Below, one piece after another: positions 62,558-63,108 of a DNA stretch of 63,108 nt (position 1 is the first letter of the stretch; each line of letters starts with the position of its first letter). The DNA is from Octopus bimaculoides (Eukaryota): positions 60,883,087-60,946,194 of the forward strand of contig NC_068993.1 of NCBI RefSeq assembly GCF_001194135.2. The letters are read 5' to 3'. Made by a program: the position numbers and the translations under genes. The notes under the pieces were generated by a model, which had not been told where the DNA came from, searched no databases, and was given only the letters and a program-made list of their open reading frames with translations.

Positions 62558-63108
62558 ACACATATTCACATGCATTATAGTAAATAAAATAACAGGAAAA
62601 ACATATACAAATGTGTGTATGTATGCATTGTGTATGTATGTATGTATGTATGTATATGTATATGTAAGTATGTATGTATGTGTGTGTATACTTGCATATG
62701 TGTGTTTTGCTTTATTTCTATATCAATTCATTTATTTTCTTTTAACTATGTATTTTTTTGTTTTATACACATATTTATTTAGGTGCGCCCTCTGCTGTCG
62801 AAGATTACAGAGAAAACGGTCGGCGTGGTTCCACGAAATATATGGTTTCTGCTCCTGAAATACCTGATTACTGAGAAGAGAAACAAGAAAGCGAAAAATG
62901 AATAATATAAACAAATAAATAAATACATGGCAAGGACAGCAATGGAAGGGGGGGGGGAGAGAAAGCGAGAGACAGATCGGTATGTAAGGGATAAAGAGAG
63001 GGAGGGATAAAGAGTGGGTGTGAGAGGTAGAAGGCGGAAGAGAGAGATTACGTACTTTCTTGGTGATTATCGGTCTTAAGAATCAATGCGCGTGATATAT
63101 ATATATAG

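Overview
This is repeat-dense, AT-rich animal genomic DNA with about 18 N gaps, almost certainly from a coleoid cephalopod. Octopus is inferred from two abundant tRNA-derived SINE families and extreme microsatellite density. No complete protein-coding gene, rRNA or CRISPR array can be supported. Nearly all long ORFs in the track are microsatellite or N-gap artefacts. Supported content: (i) about 20 copies or fragments of SINE family A (head ggcggcgagctggcagaa) and about 10 of SINE family B (tRNA head plus CORE-like ccttgggcaagtg); (ii) decayed DNA transposons: mariner D,D34D, two Tigger/pogo, one hAT end; (iii) decayed retroelements: three restriction-like-endonuclease (R4/Dong-type) LINE fragments, a Ty3/Gypsy RT and a Penelope RT; (iv) a tRNA-Lys(CTT) pseudogene; (v) several unique-sequence islands that may be exons or UTRs of an unidentified host gene. 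The most interesting signal is a set of Penelope-type minimal hammerhead ribozyme motifs from unrelated families (25.6 kb, 31.4 kb, 39.27 kb, 61.66 kb, and a decayed one at 6.25 kb). The 39.27 kb motif sits inside an about 80-bp foldback and has a non-canonical core (GUGAACA) in which the catalytic C3-G8 pair is swapped to G3-C8. All alignments and folds were done by eye, so element boundaries are approximate.
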